This document shows positions 52,444 to 61,558 of a stretch of DNA of 64,000 nt, piece by piece. The translations under genes were made by a program, and so were the position numbers. This stretch comes from Candidatus Dormiibacterota bacterium (lineage in GTDB: Bacteria; Chloroflexota; Dormibacteria; Aeolococcales; Aeolococcaceae), in assembly GCA_963709585.1 (NCBI GenBank), contig CAVPXI010000014.1:352001-416000 (forward strand). The letters run 5' to 3'. The notes under the pieces were generated by a model that saw only the letters and a program-made list of their open reading frames with translations, searched no databases and was not told the origin of the DNA. Numbering within the stretch: position 1 is the stretch's first letter; the number at the start of each line of letters is the position of its first letter.

Positions 52444-53418
52444 TTACGTGGGTGACGGCGACGGTGTCGGTGTCGGTGTCGGCGGCGGCGGCGGGACGGT
52501 GCCCATCTCGATCGTCACCGTGGCCTTGCTCTGTGACAGGGTCACGCCCGCCGGCGCGGTGATCGTGACCGAGACCGTGTAAAGGCCGAAGATGCCGTTC
52601 AGCGGGATCGGTGCGGTCGATACCGAGTCGAGCGTGTTGAGCAGATCCTGGGACCCGGTCGCGATCACGGTGATCGGGCTGACAAGGATCCCGGTCAGGT
52701 AGTGACCGGGAGACGGGCTCCCCTCGGTGCGCGTAAGAACAGCCACGACCTTCGTGGTGATGACCGCCTTGATCGCGATGCTGACGCTGACGTAGGAGGG
52801 GATGGGTTCGACGTTGTTCAGTCGAACTTTGTTCGAGTAGACGAGGACGGGCAGCGGTGCCTGGAAGTTGGCCTTCTGGCTGCCGAGGTTGACGGTCACG
52901 AGCGCTTCGAGCCCGACGAGCTCGTGCGCGGGACCGCGGACCATCACCGTCGAGGGGGTCGCCTGTGGGCTGCCGCTTACGAAGCCGACCGGGGTCGGGT
53001 TGGTGATCTGAATCGTGACCGAAACAGACTTTGACGCGTACGAATCCAGGTCGACCTGCACCGACGTTGGGGGGTTGATCAACTCGATGCTCGGATCGGT
53101 GTTCACAATCGAGATGGGGATCGAATAGGTGCCCGCGTGGTTCGCCGCCGACCAGTCGACGCTGACGGTGAGCACGGCGGAATTGAGCGCATCCAGGGTG
53201 TTCTGATCGCCACCGACCCGGACCTGCACGGGGTCCACCGCGTGCACGAGCACATAGGAGGGCGGGATGCTCGCCGTGCTCTGGGGGACCGATAGGGACA
53301 CGACCTTGGTCTCGGGTGGATTGCCCGCATAGACCACGCCAACCCAGGTGAAGAACGCGATGACGCAGCACCCCACCTTGAGCTTCCAGTTGCGCCGGAT
53401 GAAGCCCGGGATGCTCAC
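52444..53418 (-). CDS. cdaR: CdaA regulator CdaR (YbbR domains)
   Basis: N-terminal TM (NWKLK..), repeated P..V.V.G YbbR-like units, PT-rich tail; follows cdaA. Confidence 0.85.
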   Translation of the reverse strand: MSIPGFIRRNWKLKVGCCVIAFFTWVGVVYAGNPPETKVVSLSVPQSTASIPPSYVLVHAVDPVQVRVGGDQNTLDALNSAVLTVSVDWSAANHAGTYSIPISIVNTDPSIELINPPTSVQVDLDSYASKSVSVTIQITNPTPVGFVSGSPQATPSTVMVRGPAHELVGLEALVTVNLGSQKANFQAPLPVLVYSNKVRLNNVEPIPSYVSVSIAIKAVITTKVVAVLTRTEGSPSPGHYLTGILVSPITVIATGSQDLLNTLDSVSTAPIPLNGIFGLYTVSVTITAPAGVTLSQSKATVTIEMGTVPPPPPTPTPTPSPSPT

Positions 53419-54284
53419 GGATGCGAGCGACGCCCCAGGGTGCGCAGCGTGCCGACTCGCGCCAGCGGGCGGAGCATCGCCGCACGTCCGGATCCACCCT
53501 CCTTGGCGAGCAGGGTGACCAGCATCTCGTGGAGCTTGGCCTGGTCGAGACCGCGATAGAGCTTGCCGTCGTGGGCGATGCTGATCAGGCCGGTCTCCTC
53601 GCTCACGATCAGCACCACGGCGTCGCTCTGCATGGTGAGGCCGAGGGCGGCGCGATGCCTCGTGCCCATGCGTCCGACGCCGGGAAGCGTCTCGGCAAGG
53701 GGCAGGACGCAGCCGGCTGCGATGATCCGGCTCTCCCGGATGATCACCGCGCCGTCGTGCAGCGGCGAACCCGGGACGAAGATGGTGGCCAGCATCTCCC
53801 CGGTCACGTCGCCGTTGACATGGACGCCGGTTGCCGCGAGGTTCTCGAGCCCGGTCTCACGTTCGAACACGATCAGGGCGCCGACCTTGCGTTCCGCCAG
53901 CGAGCCGGCGGCGCGCAGTACCTCGTCCACGGTGCGGGCGTAGGCCAGCTCCGGCTGGCGTCCGAGCACCGCGCGAACGGTGCCGAGCCGGCCCACCTGG
54001 TCGAGGGCGCGGCGCAGCTCGGGTTGGAACAGGACGATCGCGGCGATCACGATCGCCTGGGTTCCGTTGTTGAAGATGAATTCGAGCAGGCGGAGGTGCA
54101 GAAGCTGAGCCGTCCAGCCGACCACGAAGATGACGCCGAGGCCGAGCAGCAGCTGCACCGCCTGCGTGCCCCTGATCAACTTCAGGAGCTGATAGAGGAG
54201 GAAGGCGACCACGATGACGTCGAGCCCGTCGCGCCAGCTCAGGCTCTGCAGAAAGAAGTGCGCATTGCGCAGCAGGTCGCTCAC
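53415..54284 (-). CDS. cdaA: Diadenylate cyclase CdaA
   Basis: Three N-terminal TMs, FQPELRRAL, PLHDGA, GTRHRAALG, VSEETG. Confidence 0.96.
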   Translation of the reverse strand: MSDLLRNAHFFLQSLSWRDGLDVIVVAFLLYQLLKLIRGTQAVQLLLGLGVIFVVGWTAQLLHLRLLEFIFNNGTQAIVIAAIVLFQPELRRALDQVGRLGTVRAVLGRQPELAYARTVDEVLRAAGSLAERKVGALIVFERETGLENLAATGVHVNGDVTGEMLATIFVPGSPLHDGAVIIRESRIIAAGCVLPLAETLPGVGRMGTRHRAALGLTMQSDAVVLIVSEETGLISIAHDGKLYRGLDQAKLHEMLVTLLAKEGGSGRAAMLRPLARVGTLRTLGRRSHP

Positions 54285-55228
54285 GCGGCGACCTCGAGGC
54301 CGTTGCCCGCGTAGATGAGGGCGAGGAGAGCCTGCTGGACCCAGAGGCGGTTCTCCGCCTGGTCGAACACGACCGAGTGAGGGCCGTCGATCACCGCGTC
54401 GGTGATCTCCTCACCGCGGTGCGCCGGGAGGCAGTGCATCACCCGGACCCCCGGCGGCGCGAGCGCAACCAGGCGGTCATTCACCTGCAGAAAGGCGAAG
54501 TCCTCGCGCCGGCGCTGCTGCTCGGTTTCCTGGCCCATGCTGGTCCAAACGTCGGTGTAGATGATTTCGGTATCGCGCAGGGCCGGTGCCGCGTCGTGGG
54601 TGATGTCGAAGCCGGTCCCCGGCGCCCGCATGCCGGCGGCCCTCTCGACAACGGCGGGTGGCGGCTCATAGCCGCGTGGGCAGATCACCCGGAGGTGCAC
54701 CCCGAGCAGCGCCGCGGCATAGATCCAGGACGTGCAGACATTGTTCCCATCACCGATGTACGCGACCGTGGCGCCCGCGAGCCGCCCGGTGGTCGATCGC
54801 ACGGTCATGCAGTCGGCAAGCACCTGGCATGGGTGCTCGGCGTCGGTCAGCGCGTTGATCACCGGAGCCGCAGCCGCGCCGGCGATGGCGACCAGATCCC
54901 GGTGCGAGACCACCCGCGCGACGATGCCGTCCGCGTAGCGGTCGAGGATCCGGCTGATGTCCGCAGCCAACTCGCGCTCGCCGAGCTGCACCTCGGGGTT
55001 GAAGAGCGCGATCGGGTGACCGCCGAGACGGTGGATCGCCACCTCGAAGGACACCCGGGTCCGGTTGCTCGGGCGCTGAAAGATAAGCGCGAGCGATCGG
55101 CCCGCGAGCGGGCTGCCGAGATCCCGGCCCGACTTGGCTTCGTCGGCCAGATCGAGGACCGCGATGATCTCGTCGGCGGTGAGGTCCGCGATGCTGAGAA
55201 GGTCGCGGCCGGCGAGAGAAGGGCTCAT
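54281..55228 (-). CDS. argF: Ornithine carbamoyltransferase
   Basis: PSNRTRVSF, HPCQ.LAD, GDGNNV, YTDVWTSMG, HCLPAHRGEE, QAENR. Confidence 0.95.
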   Translation of the reverse strand: MSPSLAGRDLLSIADLTADEIIAVLDLADEAKSGRDLGSPLAGRSLALIFQRPSNRTRVSFEVAIHRLGGHPIALFNPEVQLGERELAADISRILDRYADGIVARVVSHRDLVAIAGAAAAPVINALTDAEHPCQVLADCMTVRSTTGRLAGATVAYIGDGNNVCTSWIYAAALLGVHLRVICPRGYEPPPAVVERAAGMRAPGTGFDITHDAAPALRDTEIIYTDVWTSMGQETEQQRRREDFAFLQVNDRLVALAPPGVRVMHCLPAHRGEEITDAVIDGPHSVVFDQAENRLWVQQALLALIYAGNGLEVAA

Positions 55229-55314
55229 CCGCCCATATGGTTGCACCGCGGCGTCAATCGCGCGCCTCACGCGCAATCCCGCGCGCGAAGCGTCACACGC
55301 TATACCGTGCGCGA

Positions 55315-56319
55315 GTGGATATCGCGGTGGTGGTGAACGGCGGAATGGCCGAAACCCTGCAGTCGACACCGCTCCTGCGCACCCTGCGCGCCGGCTACCC
55401 CACCGCCCGGATCGTGCTGGTCTGCCCGTCGACAGCAGTCGACCTCGCCGACGGCATTCCGCCGGTTGACCGGGTCGTCCCGCTGCCCGGGCTCCGGGGC
55501 AGGAGCACCGGCGGACTGCGACTGTGGGCGGCGCTGAGGGGCATGCGTCTCAACTCCGTGTTCCTGTGCACGTCGGGCGTCGCCGCGCCGACGGCGGCGT
55601 ACTTCGCCGGCATCCCGCAGCGCAGTGGGGTCGGCGGCGGCGCCGGCCTGCTGCTCACCGGCCGCGTCAAGCCGCGCCGGGCGGAGAACCAGGCCGAGAC
55701 CTGGCTGCGCCTCGCCGAGGTCGCCGGCGTCCATCAGCAACTCCACACTCCGGTGTTCGAGCCGGGTCCCGAAGCTCGGCGCCGAGCCGAGCAGGTGCTG
55801 CATGGCACCGGGCTCGGTGACGGACGCCTCCTGGTCGCGATCGCACCCGGCTCCGGGTACGCCGAGAGCTTCGCCGCGCCGGCGGCGGCGACCGTCTGGG
55901 ACCCCGAACGCTGGGCACATCTGGCCAACCTGCTCGCCCAGCGTCACGGCGCCGGGATCCTCATCGTCGGCTCGCCGCACGACCGCTATGCCGCGGAACG
56001 GACCAAGATCGACCTCCGCGCGGCCGCGACCGACCTGGTCGGCGAGATCGACCTGGCGACCCTCGCCGGAGTCGTGGCCCGCTGCGACCTTCTGGTCGGC
56101 AGCGACACCCCGCTCCTCCAGCTTGCCGCTGCGATGGGCACGCCGACCGTTGGACTGTTCGGACCCACCGACGGCGCACGTGGCGGTGCCTACGGTCCCG
56201 CTCACCGCGTGATCCAGGCGCTGGCACCCCCCCGTTTCGAGGATGGTGTCGCCAACCAGGCGAGCATGGACCAGATCCGGGTGGAGGATGTTCTCGCCGG
56301 CATCGAGGCGACGCTCTGA
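55315..56319 (+). CDS. Glycosyltransferase family 9 (heptosyltransferase-like)
   Basis: TPLLRTLR..YP.A, APG, W..ERW, LVG...L..L, D....LAAAMGTPTVGLFGPT. Confidence 0.88.
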   Translation: MDIAVVVNGGMAETLQSTPLLRTLRAGYPTARIVLVCPSTAVDLADGIPPVDRVVPLPGLRGRSTGGLRLWAALRGMRLNSVFLCTSGVAAPTAAYFAGIPQRSGVGGGAGLLLTGRVKPRRAENQAETWLRLAEVAGVHQQLHTPVFEPGPEARRRAEQVLHGTGLGDGRLLVAIAPGSGYAESFAAPAAATVWDPERWAHLANLLAQRHGAGILIVGSPHDRYAAERTKIDLRAAATDLVGEIDLATLAGVVARCDLLVGSDTPLLQLAAAMGTPTVGLFGPTDGARGGAYGPAHRVIQALAPPRFEDGVANQASMDQIRVEDVLAGIEATL

Positions 56320-56328
56320 GCTTCGGTC

Positions 56329-57327
56329 CTACCGGATGTACATGAGTGCGCGCTTGAGAACGTCGAGGTTGTCGAGGGCGTAGCCGGTCCCGCGGACGGC
56401 GCAGAGCTCCGGCTGGGTGTCGCGATGGACGTCGATGCCGGTGGCGGCGGCGATGGCGCTGTCGAGCCCCTCGAGGCGGGCGCCGCCCCCGCAGAGCAGG
56501 ATGCCCTCGCGCCGGATGTCGCTGATCAACCGCCCCGGAGTGTCGTCGAGGACGGCGGTGAGCGCCGTCAGGATCGGTCGCACGTGTGCTTCGAGGCACG
56601 CGTTCATCTCGGTCGAGGTGATCGTCAATCGCTCCTCGCCTCTCTCGCTGCGACCCATGACCTCGAGCCGGCGCTCCTCGTGCGGTCCCACCCTGGCGAG
56701 CGAGGCGACCACCTCCTCGACGGTTGCCGCCTCGAGCGTCACCCCATGTTCCAGGCGGACATGGTCGGCAACGCACCCATGGAGACGCATGCCGCCGTGT
56801 CCGCTGAGGCAGCGACCGCTCACGGTGCCCTCGAGCGCCAGGGTTGCGATGTCGGTCTTGCCGGCGCCGATATCGACGACGAGATGGCCGTTGGGTCCGC
56901 TGAGGCGGACGCCCGCGCCCATCGCCGCGGCGAGCGGGGCGTCGAGCAGGTAGGCGGTCCGTGCGCCGGCGAGCGCGGCCGCCTCGAGCAGCGTGCGCCG
57001 CTGCCCGCCGGGCAGGGACGACATCACCGCGATCACGACGTCCGGCTTGAAGATCCGCTGCCGCCCGGCGGCGCGGATCATCGCGTGGCTGACGAGCCAC
57101 CGCGCCGACGCAGCGTCGACGATCTCGCCCCCGGCGACGGGTCTCCGGAGCTGGAACTCCGCATCTCCGGCCGCCGTCTCGAGTGCCGCCTCACCGAAGA
57201 CCGCCGCCTGGGTGCCGCCGTCGCGGATCGCCACCGCGGTCGGCTCGGTGGCGATCATGCCCTCGCCCTTGACGATGATCCTCGTCATCGTCGTACCGAG
57301 ATCGATGCCGACCTTCTTGCCCAGCAC
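56329..57327 (-). CDS. Divergent MreB/Mbl-like actin homolog
   Basis: GIDLGT, EPT.VA, RP..GG.I.D, P.AAAMGAG, VDIGAG.TD, GI.LCGGGA.L.GL. Confidence 0.85.
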   Translation of the reverse strand: MLGKKVGIDLGTTMTRIIVKGEGMIATEPTAVAIRDGGTQAAVFGEAALETAAGDAEFQLRRPVAGGEIVDAASARWLVSHAMIRAAGRQRIFKPDVVIAVMSSLPGGQRRTLLEAAALAGARTAYLLDAPLAAAMGAGVRLSGPNGHLVVDIGAGKTDIATLALEGTVSGRCLSGHGGMRLHGCVADHVRLEHGVTLEAATVEEVVASLARVGPHEERRLEVMGRSERGEERLTITSTEMNACLEAHVRPILTALTAVLDDTPGRLISDIRREGILLCGGGARLEGLDSAIAAATGIDVHRDTQPELCAVRGTGYALDNLDVLKRALMYIR

Positions 57328-57339
57328 TGGTCGGGTGCC

Positions 57340-58644
57340 TCAGTCGCCGACTACGCCGGTGAGATCGCGCACCTCGGTGCCGGGCTCGTCGGTGGTGAGA
57401 CGCTCGATGTCGGCGCCCAGACCGGCGAGCTTCATCTCGAGGTCGTCGTAGCCGCGTTCGAGATGGAACACGTTGTCGAGCTCGGTGATGCCGGCGGCGC
57501 AGAGGCCCGCGATCACCAGCGCGGCGCCACTGCGGATGTCGGGGATGCTCATCCTCGTCCCGTGGAGTCGCGCGGGCCCGTTGATGACCGCGCTGCGACC
57601 GTCGATGGCGATGCGCGCGCCCATCTGCTGCAGGAAGGCGACGTGGCGAAAGCGGTTCTCGTACAACGCTTCGCTGATCACGCTCGGCCCGGTCGCCTGG
57701 GTCATGAGGGCGCAGAACTGAGGTTGCATGTCGGTGGCAAAACCCGGGTGCGGCCAGGTGGTCATGTCGACCCCACGCAGGTGTGAGCAGGTGACGCGCA
57801 CATGGTGCGCACCTTCGACGATGTCGCATCCCGCCGAGCGAAGTTTCATGAACAGCCAGCGCAGGTCGCTGGGTCGCATGTGCTCGACGACGACGTCGCC
57901 GTAGGTGGCGGCGGCCGCGATCATGTAGGTCCCGGCCTCGATGTAGTCGGCGGTGATGTTGTGCGTGGTCCCGTGCAACAGCCCGCCGCTGCCCTCGATC
58001 ACGATCAACTCGGTGCCCACTCCGGTGATGTGCGCACCCATGCCGATGAGGCAGCGAGCGAGGTCGTAGACGTGCGGCTCGCGCGCGGCGTTGCTGATCA
58101 CGGTGATGCCCTCGGCGAGCACCGCCGCCATCATCAGGTTCTCGGTCCCGGTCACGGTCGGCATGTCGAGCGAGATGCGCGCACCGTGGAGGCGGCGGGC
58201 GCGAGCCACGTACCCGCCCTCGTGCTCCTCCACCTCAGCGCCCATGAGGCGCAGTCCTTCGAGGTGCTGCTCCACCCGGCGCATCCCGATGTCGTCGCCT
58301 CCGGGCTTGGCGATGCTCGCCTCACCGGCGCGTGCCACGAGCGCGCCGAGAAGGAGGAACGAGCCACGCATCCTCCTGCTCAGGTTGGGATCGACCTCGG
58401 TGGTGCGCAGCGCGGCGGCGTGCAGACGCCAGGTGTGCGTGTCCGGATGCTCCACTCGCACGCCAACGTGCTCGAGCATCTGCGCCATGGTCGAGATGTC
58501 CTCGATGTCGGGGACGTTCCCCAACTCCACCTCCTGGTCGGTGAGCAGCGCCGCGGCCATGACCGGCAGGGAGGCGTTCTTGCTCCCCGAGATCGCGACG
58601 CTCCCTTCGAGCCGGCGCCCGCCTCGGATGCGAAGGAGTTCCAT
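57340..58644 (-). CDS. murA: UDP-N-acetylglucosamine 1-carboxyvinyltransferase (Asp-type)
   Basis: [60 protein letters not shown]. Confidence 0.96.
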   Translation of the reverse strand: MELLRIRGGRRLEGSVAISGSKNASLPVMAAALLTDQEVELGNVPDIEDISTMAQMLEHVGVRVEHPDTHTWRLHAAALRTTEVDPNLSRRMRGSFLLLGALVARAGEASIAKPGGDDIGMRRVEQHLEGLRLMGAEVEEHEGGYVARARRLHGARISLDMPTVTGTENLMMAAVLAEGITVISNAAREPHVYDLARCLIGMGAHITGVGTELIVIEGSGGLLHGTTHNITADYIEAGTYMIAAAATYGDVVVEHMRPSDLRWLFMKLRSAGCDIVEGAHHVRVTCSHLRGVDMTTWPHPGFATDMQPQFCALMTQATGPSVISEALYENRFRHVAFLQQMGARIAIDGRSAVINGPARLHGTRMSIPDIRSGAALVIAGLCAAGITELDNVFHLERGYDDLEMKLAGLGADIERLTTDEPGTEVRDLTGVVGD

Positions 58645-58752
58645 CTCCGCCTACCGTACCCGACGGCCCCGCTGACCGGGTGGATACCGTGCCGACCGCG
58701 TAGATTAGAGAGTGGCATCGAGAGGGATCGCCAACACGCATCGGGAGACACC

Positions 58753-59830
58753 ATGGCAACCGCAACCCTTCCCGCCACCGAAACCGTGGAGCAGTTGCTC
58801 GGCGACGAGGCCTCGTCCCTGCTCGAGCACCAGTGCGAGACGGTGCCGAACACGATGCTGCATCTTCCGGGGCCGGATTTCGTCGACCGCATCTGGACCG
58901 GGACCGATCGCTCGAACCAGGTCCTCCGCAACCTGAGCAGCATCTACGCCCACGGCCGTCTGGGTGGCACCGGGTACGTCTCGATTCTCCCGGTGGACCA
59001 GGGCATCGAGCATTCCGCAGGGGCATCCTTTGCACCCAACCCCGAGTATTTCGACCCCGGAAAGATCGTCGAGCTCGCGGTCGAGGGGGGCTGCAACGCG
59101 GTGGCCTCGACCTTCGGCGTGCTCGGCGCGGTGTCGAGGCGGTGGGCACATCGCATCCCGTTCATCGTCAAGCTCAACCACAACGAGCTGCTCACCTACC
59201 CAAACGGCGCGGACCAGATCCTGTTCGGCACCGTCAAAGAAGCCTGGAATCTGGGAGCCGCCGCGGTCGGCGCCACCATCTACTTCGGCTCGGACGGGGC
59301 TGACCGGCAGATCGTGGAGATCTCGCGGATGTTCCACGAGGCGCACGAGCTCGGCATGGCCACGATCCTCTGGTGCTACCTCCGCAACCCGGCCTTCAAG
59401 AAGGACGGTGTCGACTACGCACTCGCAGCTGATCTCACCGGCCAGGCGAACCACCTCGGGGTCACCATCGAGGCCGACATCATCAAGCAAAAGCTGCCGA
59501 CCACCAACGGCGGATTCACGGCGCTGAAATTCGGCAGGACCGCGGATGCCGTCTACACGAAGTCTGACGTCTGATCATCCGATCGATCTCTGTCGCTACC
59601 AGGTGCTCAACTGCTACTCCGGACGGGTCGGGCTCATCAACTCCGGCGGCGAGTCCAACGGGGCGGCCGACCTGGCTGAAGCCGTGCGTACCGCCGTGAT
59701 CAACAAGAGGGCGGGCGGGACCGGGTTGATCACTGGTCGCAAGGCATTCCAGCGACCGATGCGCGACGGCGTGCATCTGCTCACCGCGGTTCAGGACGTC
59801 TACCTGAACCAGAAGGTCACGATCGCCTAG
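58753..59830 (+). CDS. fbaB: Class I fructose-bisphosphate aldolase (DhnA/FbaB); apparent frameshift near 59560
   Basis: [30 protein letters not shown]; DHPIDL.RYQV and NKRAGG.GLI.GRKAFQ in the next frame. Confidence 0.93.
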
Positions 59831-59844
59831 CCGCGCCGACGGAC

Positions 59845-60345
59845 GTGGATTACGACGAGATTCCCCGCACCGGCGACGAGCGCTCGACGCTGCTCGCCTT
59901 CCTCGAGTGGCAACGCGCCACGCTGGCCAGGAAGTGCGCGGGTCTGGAGCCGGATCAGTTGCGCATCCGGTCGGCGGAGCCGTCATCGCTGTCGCTGCTG
60001 GGGTTGGTGCGCCACATGGCGGACGTCGAGCGCGGCTGGTTCTGGCGCACGCTCGGGGGCGAGGACGTGCAAGACCGCTACTCGTCGGAGGACGACCGCG
60101 ACGGCGATTTCGACAATGTCGATACCGCGGACGTCGACGAAGCCTTCGCGAGCTGGCACGAGGAATGTGCGCGCGCCGACGACATCATCTCGCGGCGCGC
60201 GCTGGATGCTACGGGGCTGCAGAGGACCGGACGGGAAGTCTCGATGCGCTGGATCCTGGTGCACATGATCGACGAGTACTCGCGTCACAACGGCCACGCG
60301 GACCTGCTCCGCGAGAGGATCGACGGGGCCACCGGCTACGACTGA
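59845..60345 (+). CDS. DinB family protein (DUF664-like)
   Basis: LLGLVRHMADVE..WF, RWILVHMIDEYSRHNGHADLLRERIDG. Confidence 0.92.
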   Translation: MDYDEIPRTGDERSTLLAFLEWQRATLARKCAGLEPDQLRIRSAEPSSLSLLGLVRHMADVERGWFWRTLGGEDVQDRYSSEDDRDGDFDNVDTADVDEAFASWHEECARADDIISRRALDATGLQRTGREVSMRWILVHMIDEYSRHNGHADLLRERIDGATGYD

Positions 60346-60357
60346 GCCCGCGCAAAG

Positions 60358-60792
60358 TCAGCCCGCGATTCGCGCCGATTCCAGGAATGACGATGAGGCG
60401 GGATCGAGGTGGGCGAGCCCGGCAACGCGCGCAAAGGCTCGGTCAGCGGATGCAAGCGACCAGCCGCGCCTGCGTGCCGTCTCAGCGAGCACTGCATCGA
60501 ACGAACCCAAGGAGGTGATACGCCGGAACAGTTCGAGGCCGCCAAGAAGATCCTCGAGTTCCGGTTGCGCCAGGGGACTCAAACCAATCGCGTAGTTGCG
60601 CCCAAGCGCCGTCGCGTCGGCTCGCGTTCGGCGGAGTGCCCTGATGTGGGTGAACTCCTGGATCACTTCGAGGGTCGTGGTCGCTCGAACAGAACCCTCC
60701 GCGACCAATTCAAGGAGTTGCGCGCAGGGACTTCGCAGCGAATGGTTCACCCCAACCGCATAGACGAGGATCGTCGTGTCCAGCAGGATCAC
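60358..60792 (-). CDS. vapC: VapC-type PIN domain toxin
   Basis: LLDTTILVY, EVIQEF, DA..A, SAD..F acidic PIN residues. Confidence 0.9.
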   Translation of the reverse strand: MILLDTTILVYAVGVNHSLRSPCAQLLELVAEGSVRATTTLEVIQEFTHIRALRRTRADATALGRNYAIGLSPLAQPELEDLLGGLELFRRITSLGSFDAVLAETARRRGWSLASADRAFARVAGLAHLDPASSSFLESARIAG

Positions 60793-61037
60793 AGGGCACG
60801 TCTGGCCCTGATCGCGTCGCGCTCCCGACGCAGCACCCGAGGCGATGGCACCTCCATCAGCGGCGCCCGCAACACTGCACCGAGAGCCGCTCGCCGCTTT
60901 GCGGAGCTGCCGGGATAGCGGTCATCGATCGCCTCGCGCACGAGCGTGCTGACCGAGACACTCCGACGCTCAGCTTCGCGCTCGAGCCGCGCCCAGAGGC
61001 TTTGATCGATCAGAACCTGAAGGCGGCGATCCAACAT
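60789..61037 (-). CDS. RHH/CopG-type antitoxin (VapB)
   Basis: RRLQVLID..L..EA.RR.VSV..LVREAID; GTGA overlap with the PIN gene. Confidence 0.85.
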   Translation of the reverse strand: MLDRRLQVLIDQSLWARLEREAERRSVSVSTLVREAIDDRYPGSSAKRRAALGAVLRAPLMEVPSPRVLRRERDAIRARRAL

Positions 61038-61055
61038 GCTCATACATTAGCATGT
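61034..61055 (-). promoter_or_regulatory. Operator inverted repeat over an extended -10 promoter of the TA operon
   Basis: ACATGCT-N8-AGCATGT covering TGcTAATGT and the ATG at 61037. Confidence 0.7.
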
Positions 61056-61127
61056 CGCCGCAAGAGCGGCCCGTGTGCAGGGTGGCGGCCGTTACTTCGG
61101 CCCACACCGACGAAGCGCTGGTGGCGC

Positions 61128-61558
61128 CTATTTCGCTCCGGTCACGGGAGTCAACAATCCACGCTCCTGCACCCATAGCGCCAGTTCGGCCCGAAGTCGA
61201 TGGTCAGCTTGTTGTATATGTGCTGAACGTGGTTGTCGATGGTGCGTTCCGAGTTGAACAGCCGGCTTGCGATCTCCTTGTTGGTCTTGCCCTGGGCAAC
61301 CAGGATTGCCACCTCGACCTCCTTCCGGGTCAGCGGGTAGACCCCCGGACGTCCCGGTTCTGCATCCGTTGCCGGGAGCTGAACCGCTGCCGGCGGACGC
61401 GCGTGCAACAGTCGCGGCGACAGCTCACCGAACAACAGGACCGCCCCGCCTGCGAGCAACGCAAGTGACCAAGCCACGCCCAGCGCGAGGTTTGCCAGCA
61501 CCGTCACCGCTGCGATTGCGGGGACGGCGACGCGGCCAAGCGCCGGAGGGGACGACAT
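61128..61558 (-). CDS. Membrane-anchored LuxR-type HTH regulator (2 TM + GerE HTH); apparent frameshift near 61195
   Basis: Two hydrophobic helices, LTRKEVEVA.LVAQG.TNKEIA..L..SERTIDNHV; the canonical SRAELALW tail is restored by adding one base. Confidence 0.82.

Noticed and set aside
52450-52495. Tandem GGTGTC/GGC repeats
   Set aside because: They encode the Pro/Thr-rich tail of CdaR and are neither a CRISPR array nor an independent repeat element
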